From assembly GCA_965116495.1 (NCBI GenBank), contig OZ220696.1:2432001-2496000 (forward strand): a DNA stretch of 64,000 nt, given 5' to 3'. Of this stretch, positions 28,067 to 40,332 are shown piece by piece. Position 1 is the stretch's first letter. Every line of letters starts with the position of its first letter. Under the pieces are notes generated by a model that was given only the letters and a program-made list of their open reading frames with translations, was not told the origin of the DNA and searched no databases. The stretch is from Gammaproteobacteria bacterium. GTDB taxonomy: Bacteria; Pseudomonadota; Gammaproteobacteria; Eutrophobiales; Eutrophobiaceae. A program made the position numbers and the translations under genes.

Positions 28067-30268
28067 GTGAAAAAACAATATTTGCAAGTGGCATTGCCGG
28101 TGCCGTTACGCCGTCACTACGACTATGTAATCGGGGAAAATTTCAGTCAGGTCGAGTTTCTGCCGGGAACGCGGGTTAGCGTGCCGTTCGGCCGGCGTAA
28201 GGATCAGGTCGGTATGGTCCTCGGTGTCGCTGGCCACTCTACCCTGCAACCCGACAGGCTCAAGTCCGTTAACAACGTCATAGATTATGAACCGCTTATT
28301 TCGCCGCACCATCTTGAGTTACTGCGCTGGGCCGCGGACTACTACCATCATCCGGTCGGCGAGGTATTGTTCAGCACTATCCCAGGACTGTTGCGCCAGG
28401 GAAAAGCGCTTGAAAGAGGCTACGACGAGATATTTGCAGTCAGTGCCGAGGGAAGAGAGATGGACCCGGGAAACAATGCTCCTGCACAGAGATCATTGTT
28501 ACAGCTGTTGCGCTGCTTTCCGGGAGGCTTGACTCGGCAGGAACTGAGAACCAGACAGGCTCAATACGCCAGGCCGCTGAAGCTGCTGCTTGAAAAAGGG
28601 CTGGTCATGCGGATCAGGACCGGAGTGAGCAGTCCCGCCAAGGCTGTGGCGGTGGACAGGGGGTTTGCGTTAAACCAGCAGCAAATCCAGGCGGTTAATT
28701 CGATTACGGCAGAGACAGATGCCCATCATACCCACGTATTGCAGGGGATTACCGGCAGCGGCAAGACCGAAGTCTACGTAGAAGCTGTCAGGCGCGTGAT
28801 TGCGCAGAACAGGCAGGCCCTTATCCTGGTACCGGAAATCGGTCTGACCACGCAGTTCATTGACCGGCTCAAACAACGGCTGCCTGTGGATATCAGGGTA
28901 CAGCATTCCTCGTTGAATGAAACGGAGCGATTGCGCAACTGGCTGGCGGCGAGAAACGGTGATGCTGCAGTGGTCATCGGCACCCGTTCGGCAGTCTGGA
29001 CCCCGCTTAAAGCACCTGGGATATACGTTGTGGACGAGGAACATGACCCGTCATACAAACAGGACAGCGGGTTTCGTTATTCCGCCAAGGACATTGCTGT
29101 TGTCCGGGGCAAGTTCGACAACGTGCCGGTCGTGCTCGGTTCCGCAACGCCCTCCCTTGAGACCATAAAGAATATAAAAAGCCGGAAATATGAAGCACAA
29201 CACCTGCCGACACGGGCATCCGGCGCCAAGTCGCCGGAAATCCGCTTCATAAATCTCCGAAGTGAACCTGTCTCCGGCGCCGTATCGAAGACCCTGCTCA
29301 ATGAGATCGCCGCCACCCTGGAAAAAAATAACCAGGTGCTGTTGTTTCTGAACCGGAGAGGCTATGCGCCGGTCATCCTGTGCCACAGTTGCGGCTGGTA
29401 TGCGGAATGCGGTCATTGCAGCGCCAAGATGACTTACCACAAGGATAAAAACAGGTTGATCTGTCATCACTGTGATGCGCGCCGGGTGTTGCCTGCCAGC
29501 TGTCCGGATTGTAACGAGGCGCAACTGATTGAAGTGGGCCACGGCACCCAGCGCCTGGACCAGACCCTCAGCGGACATTTTCCCGGTGCGAGGATAGTGC
29601 GTATTGACCGCGACAGCACCCGGCGCAAGGGGTCAATGGAGAAGATGATAAGAGAGATCACAACGGGTAATGCCGACATACTGATCGGCACCCAGATGCT
29701 TGCCAAGGGTCACCACTTTCCCAGGTTGACCCTGGTGGGGATTATCGACGCGGACGCGGGTCTCCTGAGCACCGACTTTCGCGCCAGCGAGCGTTTGGCG
29801 CAACTGATTGTTCAGGTGAGCGGCAGGGCGGGACGCGCAGATCAGGCGGGCGTCGTATTCATCCAGACCCATTTCCCCGGACACCCGTTGCTGCACACCC
29901 TGGTGACACAGGGTTATGACCGGTTTGCCGGCCAGTTGCTTGCGGAACGGAAAAATGCGCAACTGCCCCCTTATTCCTATCTCGCCTTACTGGGCGCTGA
30001 GGCAACCGGCCGGGAAGCCGCAGAAACTTTTCTGAACGAGGCCGGTAGCCATCTCAAAAAACACCATGCCGGACTGAGAATTTTCGGGCCTGTCAGCGCA
30101 CCCATAGAAAAGCGAAGAGGACGTTACCGCAATCAATTGCTCATCCAGGCAGGGAACAGGAATATGCTCAGGACAGCGCTGGCGCCGTGGTGCCGGTCAC
30201 TGGAATCGATACCGGGAGCAAACCGGACAAGGTGGTTTCTGGATATCGACCCCCAGGACATGTTATAG
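28067..30268 (+). CDS. priA: Primosomal protein N'
   Basis: GITGSGKT, DEEHD, LNRRG, two Zn-finger CxxC clusters, DIDP end; likely GTG start at 28067. Confidence 0.96.
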   Translation: MKKQYLQVALPVPLRRHYDYVIGENFSQVEFLPGTRVSVPFGRRKDQVGMVLGVAGHSTLQPDRLKSVNNVIDYEPLISPHHLELLRWAADYYHHPVGEVLFSTIPGLLRQGKALERGYDEIFAVSAEGREMDPGNNAPAQRSLLQLLRCFPGGLTRQELRTRQAQYARPLKLLLEKGLVMRIRTGVSSPAKAVAVDRGFALNQQQIQAVNSITAETDAHHTHVLQGITGSGKTEVYVEAVRRVIAQNRQALILVPEIGLTTQFIDRLKQRLPVDIRVQHSSLNETERLRNWLAARNGDAAVVIGTRSAVWTPLKAPGIYVVDEEHDPSYKQDSGFRYSAKDIAVVRGKFDNVPVVLGSATPSLETIKNIKSRKYEAQHLPTRASGAKSPEIRFINLRSEPVSGAVSKTLLNEIAATLEKNNQVLLFLNRRGYAPVILCHSCGWYAECGHCSAKMTYHKDKNRLICHHCDARRVLPASCPDCNEAQLIEVGHGTQRLDQTLSGHFPGARIVRIDRDSTRRKGSMEKMIREITTGNADILIGTQMLAKGHHFPRLTLVGIIDADAGLLSTDFRASERLAQLIVQVSGRAGRADQAGVVFIQTHFPGHPLLHTLVTQGYDRFAGQLLAERKNAQLPPYSYLALLGAEATGREAAETFLNEAGSHLKKHHAGLRIFGPVSAPIEKRRGRYRNQLLIQAGNRNMLRTALAPWCRSLESIPGANRTRWFLDIDPQDML

Positions 30269-30274
30269 ATATGT

Positions 30275-30297
30275 GGGGTCAGGTCGTATCCTGACCC
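30275..30297. repeat. REP-like hairpin GGGTCAGG-N6-CCTGACCC
   Basis: Perfect 8-bp stem; same GGGGTCAG core as the 35595-35698 element; overlaps the SPOR gene stop. Confidence 0.65.
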
Positions 30298-30941
30298 TCC
30301 CGCAACTCCAGCAGCATGAATTCTATCTGGTTGTCTTCCAGTCTGCTGCTGATGTCTTTCATCTCGTCCATGGTCTTATACGGGCCGAGTCTCACCCGGT
30401 GACGAACATCCTGCCCATTGAGCATAACCCGTTGGATATCGGCAAAAATACCCAGGAAAGCGAGTTCCGCCTTGATTTTGTCTGCGGAACTGAAGTCCCT
30501 GAATGAACCCACCTGGAGGATGTAGCCATATACATCGTCTTTTACATCGCGCTGCCGCGCTGCGAACTGCTCCGGGCTGTCACCACTCTCCTGACTCTCG
30601 TCCTGCCCACGGGTCTCGTTCATTTTCTCGCCGACATCATCTTCCGGACTATCCTTATTACCGGCAACCCACTCGGAGATATTGACCTTCTTGTTGCGTA
30701 GCGTGTCGTAAAACTCAAACTTGAGTTCCGGTTTCTGCTCGTCGGTTTGTACCCGGTCCTCAGCGGCAGGACTTGCTACCTCGCGGGGCGTACCGGGCTC
30801 AACCAATTGGTAGCGGAGAAAGACAATGAACGCGACCAGTAACCCGATAGACAACCCGGAAAGAAAGGATAATAGATTTCCGGCCACAAAGGCCCGTTGC
30901 CGCCTGGGGTTGTACCTGATTTTCTTGTAGTCTCTCGGCAT
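30279..30941 (-). CDS. SPOR-domain cell division protein (FtsN-like)
   Basis: MPRDY start, single TM helix, FEFY..L, LQVGSF...A, RVRLGP. Confidence 0.85.
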   Translation of the reverse strand: MPRDYKKIRYNPRRQRAFVAGNLLSFLSGLSIGLLVAFIVFLRYQLVEPGTPREVASPAAEDRVQTDEQKPELKFEFYDTLRNKKVNISEWVAGNKDSPEDDVGEKMNETRGQDESQESGDSPEQFAARQRDVKDDVYGYILQVGSFRDFSSADKIKAELAFLGIFADIQRVMLNGQDVRHRVRLGPYKTMDEMKDISSRLEDNQIEFMLLELREGQDTT

Positions 30942-31044
30942 TACCCTTTTTTCGGGGAGCGGTTATTTTCAGAATTCGGTGACAGTTCCAATTTTATTCG
31001 AAACAGTCGCATAATTTAGCATACATGTATGACTATAGGTAACA

Positions 31045-31776
31045 TTACGGCCTCCCCGCCTCGATCAATGCCTCAGCCAGAATGTTCGGGTTGGTGTAAC
31101 AGACTTCATGGCTGCCCGGCTTTTGCACCACCCTGCATAAACCCAGGCGTTCCGCCATCCTGGGATACCAGGCAAGATCTCCATGGGGCAGGACAGTATC
31201 ATCGGTGAAGTTGATGTAGCTCCTGGGGACATTCAGCCGTTGAAAGCCCCGCATACTGATCTTTTCATTCTGTGCATAAACGCAGACCGGTTTCAGCCCG
31301 GCATAGACCTCCCTGGCTGTTTCCAGGTCCGCATCGTTAATAAACCTTTCCCGAAAAACCTCGAACGGCAACATCCAGTTGGTTCTCTCACCCTCTTTTT
31401 TTATGATCGCGTCAAACATCTCCCGGTGCCCGGGTGTCACCACGTCATAGATGCACTCCCCGTCTTCCAGCACCAGAGCATTCTGGAAGACTACCCGGTT
31501 GACCCGGTCGGCCACCTGCTCGGCGACGTTCGGTATCACGATCCCGGCAAAGCTGTGGCCCGCCAGGATAAAATCGCGGATGTCCCTCTCCAGGATGTAA
31601 TCGACCACCGACTCCACACAATCCGCCTGGGTGAAAAAATTGCCGGCATCCTCGCCATGGCCAGCCATGGTCGGCGCATAAGCGACATGACCCTGCCTGT
31701 TAAGCTCTGCAATAACCTGGTCCCAGCAGGAACCGTCGTGCATGGAACCATGCACCAGCACAAACGTCAGTTTCAA
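31045..31776 (-). CDS. Alpha/beta hydrolase (methylesterase-like)
   Basis: FVLVHG, GHSFAG, PGSH. Confidence 0.85.
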   Translation of the reverse strand: MKLTFVLVHGSMHDGSCWDQVIAELNRQGHVAYAPTMAGHGEDAGNFFTQADCVESVVDYILERDIRDFILAGHSFAGIVIPNVAEQVADRVNRVVFQNALVLEDGECIYDVVTPGHREMFDAIIKKEGERTNWMLPFEVFRERFINDADLETAREVYAGLKPVCVYAQNEKISMRGFQRLNVPRSYINFTDDTVLPHGDLAWYPRMAERLGLCRVVQKPGSHEVCYTNPNILAEALIEAGRP

Positions 31777-31858
31777 CTGTATTTCCTCCTCTATTCCGTT
31801 ACATATCTGTTGTAATCATGATATGAATCACCCGGAGGTTATTCTACACGATAGTTCC

Positions 31859-32743
31859 TCAGTGACGGCTGCCGGCCGCCTCGGCAAGGGCCGAATCCCA
31901 GGCGATGATTGCCCGTTTGCGTTCAATTCCCCAATGATAACCGCCCAATTCCCCCGACGAACGGAGAATGCGGTGACAGGGTATCAGGTAAGAGACAGGA
32001 TTGGCGCCCACCGCAGAAGCGGTTGCCCGTATGGCTGTGGGATTGCCGGTTAATTGCGCCAACTGTTTATAGGAAATAAGACTGCCCTCCGGGACCCTGA
32101 GCAGTGCGCGCCAGACGTTTACCTGGAAATTCGTCCCCTTGACCAGCAGGTTAAAGTCAGCCTGGCGCCCGTCCTGCAGCCGGGTACGCGGGTTGAAAAT
32201 CCTGTCAGCGGTGGCTGCGGTACGTTGCGGCTCATGGAAAATCTGTGCGGCAGGCCAGCGCATCCCGAGGCTGTTTACTTCCCGGCCGAGTATCTCCTCT
32301 GATCCGAATGCCAGTTCACAGATACCTTTATCGGTAAGCGCCAGCAACATCATCCCGAACGGACTGCGATGAATGCCGTGATATATCTTCAAACCACTGC
32401 CGAACTGCTTGTATTGGCCGGGAGTAACGGCTTCGACGGCAACGAACTGCTCATGCAGCCTACCCGGCCCGGATAACCCCAGGTCGAGCGCCGCATCAAG
32501 AACAGCGGCCGATTTATCCAGTAGTTGCTTGGCGTGCTGCACGGTCAGAAACTCCAGGTAACGCTTGGGACTGACCCCCACCCAGGCCTTGAATTTCCTC
32601 TGGAAATGCCAGGGACTCAATCCGGCGTGCGATGCGATTTGCTCAAGAGAGGGCTGCTGCCTGGCGTTATCCCGGATAAAGGCTATCGCCCTGGCAATAC
32701 ACTCGTAATCACCTGCCGGACCAGAAGGGGAAACGATTTTCAT
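31859..32743 (-). CDS. AraC-HTH + methylated-DNA--protein-cysteine methyltransferase (Ada-like)
   Basis: LSPWHFQRKFK.W.GVSPK, GTNFQ..VW, IPCHR active site. Confidence 0.92.
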   Translation of the reverse strand: MKIVSPSGPAGDYECIARAIAFIRDNARQQPSLEQIASHAGLSPWHFQRKFKAWVGVSPKRYLEFLTVQHAKQLLDKSAAVLDAALDLGLSGPGRLHEQFVAVEAVTPGQYKQFGSGLKIYHGIHRSPFGMMLLALTDKGICELAFGSEEILGREVNSLGMRWPAAQIFHEPQRTAATADRIFNPRTRLQDGRQADFNLLVKGTNFQVNVWRALLRVPEGSLISYKQLAQLTGNPTAIRATASAVGANPVSYLIPCHRILRSSGELGGYHWGIERKRAIIAWDSALAEAAGSRH

Positions 32744-32977
32744 GGAACAAGTATAAGCTAATCACTCATCCCATCCACCCGAATCTTGCTGTTTGATTCC
32801 GTGTCCGGGGATGGATTTCAAATCCGTCAACATCGAGATCAATGGTAATCCCGGGACACCCATAAAATTATGGCATACGGCTGGAATCGTATATTAACTT
32901 CAAATTGACGATTTCTCCTTGTTTCTTAATAAAAAGTAAGGCATTATGGCTTTTTGTAATGAAAAAGAGGGGTTGCC

Positions 32978-33220
32978 ATGATTGAATCTGCTATTACCAG
33001 CAAAGGCCAGACAACTCTTCCCAAAGTTGTTAGGGATGCTCTTGGAGTACAGGCCGGAGACCGGGTGCGCTACGTCATTATTGATGACGAGGTGCGGATA
33101 TTGCCGGTTTGTCCGATCAACAGGTTGTTTGGCGTGTTGCAGCATACCGGTCCTGCCGTCACGCTGGAGGAGATGGCGCAGGCTGTAATCAGCGGGGCCT
33201 GCGAAAATGATCGGGCTTGA
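32978..33220 (+). CDS. AbrB/MazE-family antitoxin
   Basis: ITSKGQ.TLPK.VR..LG...GD. Confidence 0.88.
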   Translation: MIESAITSKGQTTLPKVVRDALGVQAGDRVRYVIIDDEVRILPVCPINRLFGVLQHTGPAVTLEEMAQAVISGACENDRA

Positions 33221-33611
33221 TACCAACGTCCTGGTTCGCTACCTGGTACGCGACGATGCGGAGCAGGCGGAAGCTGCCCGGGCATTGCTGGAGTCACTCA
33301 CTGTTGAACGTCCCGGCTTCGTGTGCCGCGAGGTTACAGTCGAACTTGTCTGGGTGCTGGAACGGTCATACAAACAATCTCGTGACCGGATCGCGACAGT
33401 ATTGGAACAACTGGTAGCAACCGACAATCTGGTAGTCGAGGCTGCTGCTGATGTGATACGCGCGGCTTTCCGTTACCGTTCGGAAGTCGCAGGTTTTGCC
33501 GACCTGATGATTCTGGCCGCCATCGAACGCTCAGAAGCGTACCCTCTTTATACCTTCGACCAGAAGGCAGCACGACTTGAAGGGGTTGAACTGTTGGAGG
33601 ATACCCGTTAA
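33207..33611 (+). CDS. vapC: PIN-domain toxin (VapC family)
   Basis: LDTNVLVR, E.VWVL, FAD, YTFD; overlaps the antitoxin. Confidence 0.9.
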   Translation: MIGLDTNVLVRYLVRDDAEQAEAARALLESLTVERPGFVCREVTVELVWVLERSYKQSRDRIATVLEQLVATDNLVVEAAADVIRAAFRYRSEVAGFADLMILAAIERSEAYPLYTFDQKAARLEGVELLEDTR

Positions 33612-33612
33612 A

Positions 33613-33735
33613 GATGAGGTGGAAAAAAATATGAAGGAGGCTATTGAATTTCACTTGGAAGGATTGGCAATGGAAAAGCAGGAAATACCGGAACCGCACA
33701 GCTACCCGAACTATCTTGAAGTATCTGCCGGCTAA
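33613..33735 (+). pseudogene. HicB-family antitoxin C-terminal fragment
   Basis: Translates DEVEKNMKEAIEFHLEGLAMEKQEIPEP; N-terminus absent. Confidence 0.65.
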
Positions 33736-33753
33736 TTAACCTCTACCCTCTGT

Positions 33754-34236
33754 CTATAATGACAATTCTACCTCACTAAGAAGAATCCCATCTTCATCAG
33801 CGTAGAGACAGTCCCCCGGCGTAAAGGTCGCGTCGGCAAAATTCAGGATGACATCCCGCTCCCCAGCACCCTTCTTGACACTGCGCCTGGGGTTTGTCCC
33901 CAGGGCTTTTATGCCTATGGGTAAGGTTGCGACAACGGCGGAATCACGTATACACCCGTACACAATCAGGCCGGCCCAGCCATTCTTCATACCCATTTCC
34001 GCCAGCATGTCTCCTACCAGGGCACAGCGATTTGAGGCGCTGCCGTCAACAACCAGCACGCGACCCCTGCCGGGTTCTTCCAGGGCCGCCCGCACCAGGG
34101 AGTTGTCTTCGAGACACTTCACCGTTGAAATGGGGCCGAAAAAATGCGTCTTTCCTCCGAAGTTCTGCAGGAAGGCGTTGACCACCTGTACCTTTCCTTC
34201 ATGTTCATCGTAGAGGTCTGCTGTCGAGAATGTCAT
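33754..34236 (-). CDS. rraA: RraA-family protein (RNase E regulator / HMG aldolase)
   Basis: TADL.D, EDNSLV, VLVVDG, GCIRD, YADEDG. Confidence 0.92.
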   Translation of the reverse strand: MTFSTADLYDEHEGKVQVVNAFLQNFGGKTHFFGPISTVKCLEDNSLVRAALEEPGRGRVLVVDGSASNRCALVGDMLAEMGMKNGWAGLIVYGCIRDSAVVATLPIGIKALGTNPRRSVKKGAGERDVILNFADATFTPGDCLYADEDGILLSEVELSL

Positions 34237-35618
34237 TCCTGCCGCCTGTTATGCTTCCAACCACTTACGATCATGCTTTCCCGCTTGCTCATTGCCAGCG
34301 CATCGGCTTCCACGTCCTTGGAGACCGTGGCGCCGGCGGCTATGGTGGCGCCGTCGTTAATCCTGAGGGGGGCGATGAGTTCGGTATTGGAACCGATAAA
34401 CACGTCATCCCCGATGATCGTTTTATGTTTCTCGACCCCGTCGTAGTTGCAGGTGATCGTCCCGGCGCCGACGTTGACCCGTTCACCCACCTCGCTGTCG
34501 CCGATATAGCTGAGGTGGCTGGCCTTGGATCCTCGTCCTATGTCCGATTGTTTTATCTCGACAAAATTGCCGATATGTACGTCTTCGTCAAGTCTTGCAC
34601 CGGGGCGTATCCTGGCAAACGGGCCAATTCTGTTTCGTTTGCCGATAACGGCATTATCGATAACGCAATTTGCGGAAATTGTCGCCGCCTCACCGATATG
34701 TGCATCACGGATGACACAGTTAGGTCCGATAGAGGCATGATTTGCGATACTGACTTCACCTTCGATGACTACGTTTATGTCTATGAAGACGTCCTCACCG
34801 GTTTCCAGATCGCCGCGCAGGTCGAACCGGCCCGGGTCGGCCAGGGTCACGCCCTGTTTCATGAGCGCCCGCGCTTGTAAAAATTGGCAATGTCTTTCCA
34901 GCTCGGCTAACTGGGCCCGGTCATTCACCCCTTTTATCTCCATAACCGAAGCCGGGCTGGTGGATCGAACGTCGATCTCTTCATTCACGGCGTGCCCGAC
35001 AATATCCGTCAGCAGGTATTCCTCCTGCGCGTTGTCATCGGTCAACATGTTCAGCCATTTTTTCAGAAGGTCAGCGCGTACCACCATCATCCCGGTATTG
35101 ATCTCGCGTAGCAGTTTCTCCTGATCATCGGCATCCTTCTCCTCGACAATTCTGAGGATTTGGTCTGTCTTATCTCGCACTATCCGGCCGTAGCCGGTCG
35201 GATCATCAAGATGCGAGGTCAGGATGCTGAACCCGCTTTCACCGGCCAATTCTACAAGAGTCGCCAGGGTATACTCGGTAATCAGCGGAACATCGCCGTA
35301 GAGCACGATAACGTGATGTGAGCCGGGAATGGAATCCATGACCTGCAATACCGCATGGCCTGTCCCCAGTTGCCGTTCCTGCCTGACCCAGCGGGCGTCG
35401 AACGTTTCATGCTCCTCGCGCACCTGGTCGCCCTCATACCCGTAGACGATATAGATTTCATCACAGGACAGGAGGCCGGCAGTATGATACACGTGTGCCA
35501 GCAGGGTTTTTCCGGCCAGGTTGTGCATCACCTTCGGCAGGGAAGAGCGCATGCGCTTGCCTTTTCCGGCGGCAAGGATAACGGCGCTCAGGGGATGCAA
35601 TGGGGTCAGGTCGCACAT
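34233..35618 (-). CDS. glmU: Bifunctional UDP-GlcNAc pyrophosphorylase/acetyltransferase
   Basis: ILAAGKGKRM.S..PKV, LYGDVP, hexapeptide repeats, CNYDG. Confidence 0.97.
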   Translation of the reverse strand: MCDLTPLHPLSAVILAAGKGKRMRSSLPKVMHNLAGKTLLAHVYHTAGLLSCDEIYIVYGYEGDQVREEHETFDARWVRQERQLGTGHAVLQVMDSIPGSHHVIVLYGDVPLITEYTLATLVELAGESGFSILTSHLDDPTGYGRIVRDKTDQILRIVEEKDADDQEKLLREINTGMMVVRADLLKKWLNMLTDDNAQEEYLLTDIVGHAVNEEIDVRSTSPASVMEIKGVNDRAQLAELERHCQFLQARALMKQGVTLADPGRFDLRGDLETGEDVFIDINVVIEGEVSIANHASIGPNCVIRDAHIGEAATISANCVIDNAVIGKRNRIGPFARIRPGARLDEDVHIGNFVEIKQSDIGRGSKASHLSYIGDSEVGERVNVGAGTITCNYDGVEKHKTIIGDDVFIGSNTELIAPLRINDGATIAAGATVSKDVEADALAMSKRESMIVSGWKHNRRQE

Positions 35619-35698
35619 TGCACATACAGTGCGTAACGGAAACAGATTTTAACTCTGCTCCCTGTGGATGTGCAATGTGCGACCTGACCCCATTGCAT
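35595..35698. mobile_element. 104-bp palindromic miniature element with perfect 31-bp inverted repeats
   Basis: atgcaatggggtcaggtcgcacattgcacat (35595-35625) is the exact reverse complement of 35668-35698. Confidence 0.85.
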
Positions 35699-35700
35699 GC

Positions 35701-36126
35701 TCAACTGCGTCCGGTGCGTTTACGCATCCTGCGGATAGCCTGCAGTTGCGCTACGGCTTCCGCGTTCTTTGCCAGGGCCATTGCATAATCTATATTCACA
35801 TCGCGGTCGTGCAGCTCGCGTTCCGCCTCTTCGCTGGCCCTGAGTACCGCTGCCTCGTCCAGGTCCTCGGCGCGCATGGCCGTATCCGAGAGAACAGTTA
35901 CCACATCCGGTTGCACCTCCAGCATTCCGCCGGAGACATAAAAGCCTTCCTCCTCGCCGTTGTCCTGTTTGATGCGGACTTCTCCCGGGGCAAGTTGGGT
36001 GACCAGTGGCGTATGGCCTGGTGCGATGCCCACTTCACCCAGTATTGCCGGGACAAAGACCATTTGCGCCTCACCGGAAAAGATTTCCTTTTCCGCGCTG
36101 ACGATATCAACGTGTATGGTAGCCAT
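35701..36126 (-). CDS. atpC: F1 ATP synthase epsilon subunit
   Basis: DIVSAE, GEVGI.PGH.PL, SGG.LEVQP; operon position. Confidence 0.96.
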   Translation of the reverse strand: MATIHVDIVSAEKEIFSGEAQMVFVPAILGEVGIAPGHTPLVTQLAPGEVRIKQDNGEEEGFYVSGGMLEVQPDVVTVLSDTAMRAEDLDEAAVLRASEEAERELHDRDVNIDYAMALAKNAEAVAQLQAIRRMRKRTGRS

Positions 36127-36139
36127 GATCAGCTATAGT

Positions 36140-37573
<1,434 letters not shown>

Positions 37574-37579
37574 TTATAT

Positions 37580-37728
37580 ATCCGCAGATGACGCAGATTA
37601 CCGCAGATTACTTTTATTTATTCTTTAGTTTCGCATCCAGGCTGATTAGCGTGCTATCGACTTAGCATAGGAAATAAATTAAATAACTATCTTTATTTCA
37701 TCTGCGTTAATCTGCGTCATCTGCGGAT
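37580..37728. mobile_element. ~149-bp MITE-like element, CAGAT-periodic family
   Basis: Inverted ends atccgcagatgacgcagatta / taatctgcgtcatctgcggat; near-identical copy at 38619-38765. Confidence 0.85.
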
Positions 37729-38591
37729 TACACCGCCGCTGCGCCGCCCACTATCTCGGAGATTTCCTGGGTGATCGCGGCCTGGCGCGCCTTGTTATAA
37801 ATCAATTGCAATTCATCAATCAGGGTACCGGCGTTATCGGAAGCGCTCTTCATGGCAACCATGCGGGCCGCCTGTTCACAGGCAATATTTTCCACTACCT
37901 CCTGGTAAATGAGGGATTCCACGTAGCGTTGCAATAACTGGTCGAGCACCTCTTTGGCATCGGGCTCATAGATGTAATCCCAGTAATGCTTCACTTCATC
38001 GTCACCCAGGGAACGGATCGGGATAAGCTGTTCCACCGTCGGTTTCTGTGTCATGGAATTGATGAACTGGTTGGACACAATATACAGCTCATCGACTTTC
38101 TGTTCCTGGTAGGCATCCAGCATCACTTTGATGGCGCCGATCAAGATATCCAGTCCGGGCGAATCGCCGATATGCGTCGTCTGGGCAACGATATTTGCGC
38201 CCAGCCGGCGGAAATAGCCCACTGCCTTGTTGCCTATGATACTGAGGTCAACAGCGACCCCGGCGTCATCCCATTCCTTCATCTTTCCCAGCACTTCCCG
38301 GAACAGGTTTGAGTTCAGTCCGCCACAGAGTCCTCGATCGGTTGAGATGATCACCAGTCCGATACGTTTGACCTCCTCCCGGGGAATGAGATACGGGTGC
38401 TTGTATTCAGGGTTGGCCGCGCCCAGGTGCGTTATTACGTTGCGAATTTTTTCGGCATAGGGCCGCGCCGCGCGCATGCGCTCCTGTGCCTTGCGCATTT
38501 TGCTGGCGGCGACCATCTCCATCGCCTTGGTGATCTTCTGTGTGTTTTTTACACTGGCGATCTTGGTGCGGATTTCTTTACCTACTGCCAT
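37728..38591 (-). CDS. atpG: F1 ATP synthase gamma subunit
   Basis: [30 protein letters not shown]. Confidence 0.98.
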   Translation of the reverse strand: MAVGKEIRTKIASVKNTQKITKAMEMVAASKMRKAQERMRAARPYAEKIRNVITHLGAANPEYKHPYLIPREEVKRIGLVIISTDRGLCGGLNSNLFREVLGKMKEWDDAGVAVDLSIIGNKAVGYFRRLGANIVAQTTHIGDSPGLDILIGAIKVMLDAYQEQKVDELYIVSNQFINSMTQKPTVEQLIPIRSLGDDEVKHYWDYIYEPDAKEVLDQLLQRYVESLIYQEVVENIACEQAARMVAMKSASDNAGTLIDELQLIYNKARQAAITQEISEIVGGAAAV

Positions 38592-38618
38592 TCGTTTTCT
38601 TCAGTTTCAGATTGTTTC

Positions 38619-38765
38619 ATCCGCAGATTACGCAGATTACCGCAGATTATTTTTATTTATTCTTTAGTTTCGCATCCAGGCTGATTGACGTGCTATCGAC
38701 TCAGCATAAGAAATTGTGAATAACAATCTTTATTTCATCTGCGCTAATCTGCGTCATCTGCGGAT
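38619..38765. mobile_element. ~147-bp MITE-like element, second copy
   Basis: Same arms and internal segment (tttcgcatccaggctgatt..gtgctatcgact) as 37580-37728. Confidence 0.85.
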
Positions 38766-38775
38766 ATTCTCAATC

Positions 38776-40317
38776 TTACCAGGTGTGGTTCTTCCTGAAT
38801 TCTTCCAGGCTGTCTTTCAATGCGGACGCCACCTCGTCGGTGTACTCCGGCTTTTCCTGAATTTGGGCCATGAGTTCCTTGCGTTCGCTGTGCATGAAAT
38901 TGTGCAGCGCCGCTTCAAAATCGCCGACCTTTTCCAGTTCCACGTCATCCACGTAGCCGTTCTCCACCGCATACAGGCTCACGGCGATCCCCGCCACGCT
39001 CAGCGGGGAATACTGTTTCTGTTTCATCAACTCCATCACCCGCTGGCCGCGCTCCAGCTGCTTGCGGGTCGTCTCGTCGAGATCGGAGGCAAACTGGGCA
39101 AAAGCGGCCAGTTCACGGTACTGGGCCAGGGCCAGGCGGATACCCCCGCCCAGCTTCTTGATGATCTTGGTCTGGGCCGCCCCGCCTACCCGTGATACGG
39201 ACAATCCTGCATTAATTGCTGGCCGAAATCCGGAGTTGAACAGGTCCGTCTCCAGGTATATCTGGCCATCGGTGATGGAAATCACGTTGGTAGGTACGAA
39301 TGCGGAGACATCACCCGCCTGGGTTTCGATAATGGGCAGGGCCGTGAGCGACCCGGTCTTCCCCTTGACTTTACCGTCCGTCAGCTTCTCGACGGCTTCC
39401 TCATTCAGGCGCGAGGCCCGCTCCAGCAAGCGTGAATGCAGGTAGAACACATCCCCCGGATAGGCTTCGCGTCCCGGCGGGCGTCGCAACAGCAGCGATA
39501 CCTGGCGATAAGCCCAGGCCTGCTTGGTCAAATCGTCATAAATGATCAGGGCGTCTTCCCCGCGATCACGGAAATATTCGCCCATCGCACAACCGGAATA
39601 AGGCGCGATATACTGCATGGCTGCCGAGTCGGAGGCAGTGGCCGCCACCACGATGGTGTGCTCCATGGCGCCGTGCTCCTCCAGTTTACGTATCACGACG
39701 TTAACGGAGGAGGCCTTCTGGCCTATCGCCACGTAGATGCATTTTACCCCGGTACCCTTCTGGTTGATGATGGTATCTATCGCTACCGCAGTCTTGCCGG
39801 TCTGCCTGTCGCCTATGATCAACTCGCGCTGGCCGCGGCCGATGGGCACCATCGAGTCAATGGATTTCAGACCGGTCTGAACCGGTTGCGAGACGGATAC
39901 TCTCTGGATGACGCCGGGGGCAATCTTTTCGATGGGAGAGCTGTCACCGGCGTTTATCTCCCCCTTGCCGTCAATGGGATTCCCCAGGGAATCAACTACG
40001 CGCCCCAGCAGCGCTTCGCCGACCGGGACCTCCAGGATGCGCTTGGTACACCTGGCGGTGTCACCCTCGGAAATATGCTCGTAGTTCCCCAGGACAACGG
40101 CGCCGACTGAATCCCGCTCCAGGTTAAGCGCCAACCCGTAGGTGTTGCCGGGAAACTCGATCATCTCACCCTGCATGGCGTCACTCAGGCCATGGATTCG
40201 GGCGATCCCGTCGGACAGGCTGACGACGGTGCCTTCCGTGCGCGCATCGGTGTCCAGGTCAAAGTCCTGTATCTTCTTTTTTATCAGTTCACTGATTTCT
40301 GTTGCACTGATTGACAT
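38776..40317 (-). CDS. atpA: F1 ATP synthase alpha subunit
   Basis: [31 protein letters not shown]. Confidence 0.99.
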   Translation of the reverse strand: MSISATEISELIKKKIQDFDLDTDARTEGTVVSLSDGIARIHGLSDAMQGEMIEFPGNTYGLALNLERDSVGAVVLGNYEHISEGDTARCTKRILEVPVGEALLGRVVDSLGNPIDGKGEINAGDSSPIEKIAPGVIQRVSVSQPVQTGLKSIDSMVPIGRGQRELIIGDRQTGKTAVAIDTIINQKGTGVKCIYVAIGQKASSVNVVIRKLEEHGAMEHTIVVAATASDSAAMQYIAPYSGCAMGEYFRDRGEDALIIYDDLTKQAWAYRQVSLLLRRPPGREAYPGDVFYLHSRLLERASRLNEEAVEKLTDGKVKGKTGSLTALPIIETQAGDVSAFVPTNVISITDGQIYLETDLFNSGFRPAINAGLSVSRVGGAAQTKIIKKLGGGIRLALAQYRELAAFAQFASDLDETTRKQLERGQRVMELMKQKQYSPLSVAGIAVSLYAVENGYVDDVELEKVGDFEAALHNFMHSERKELMAQIQEKPEYTDEVASALKDSLEEFRKNHTW

Positions 40318-40332
40318 CGTTATTCCTCATTT

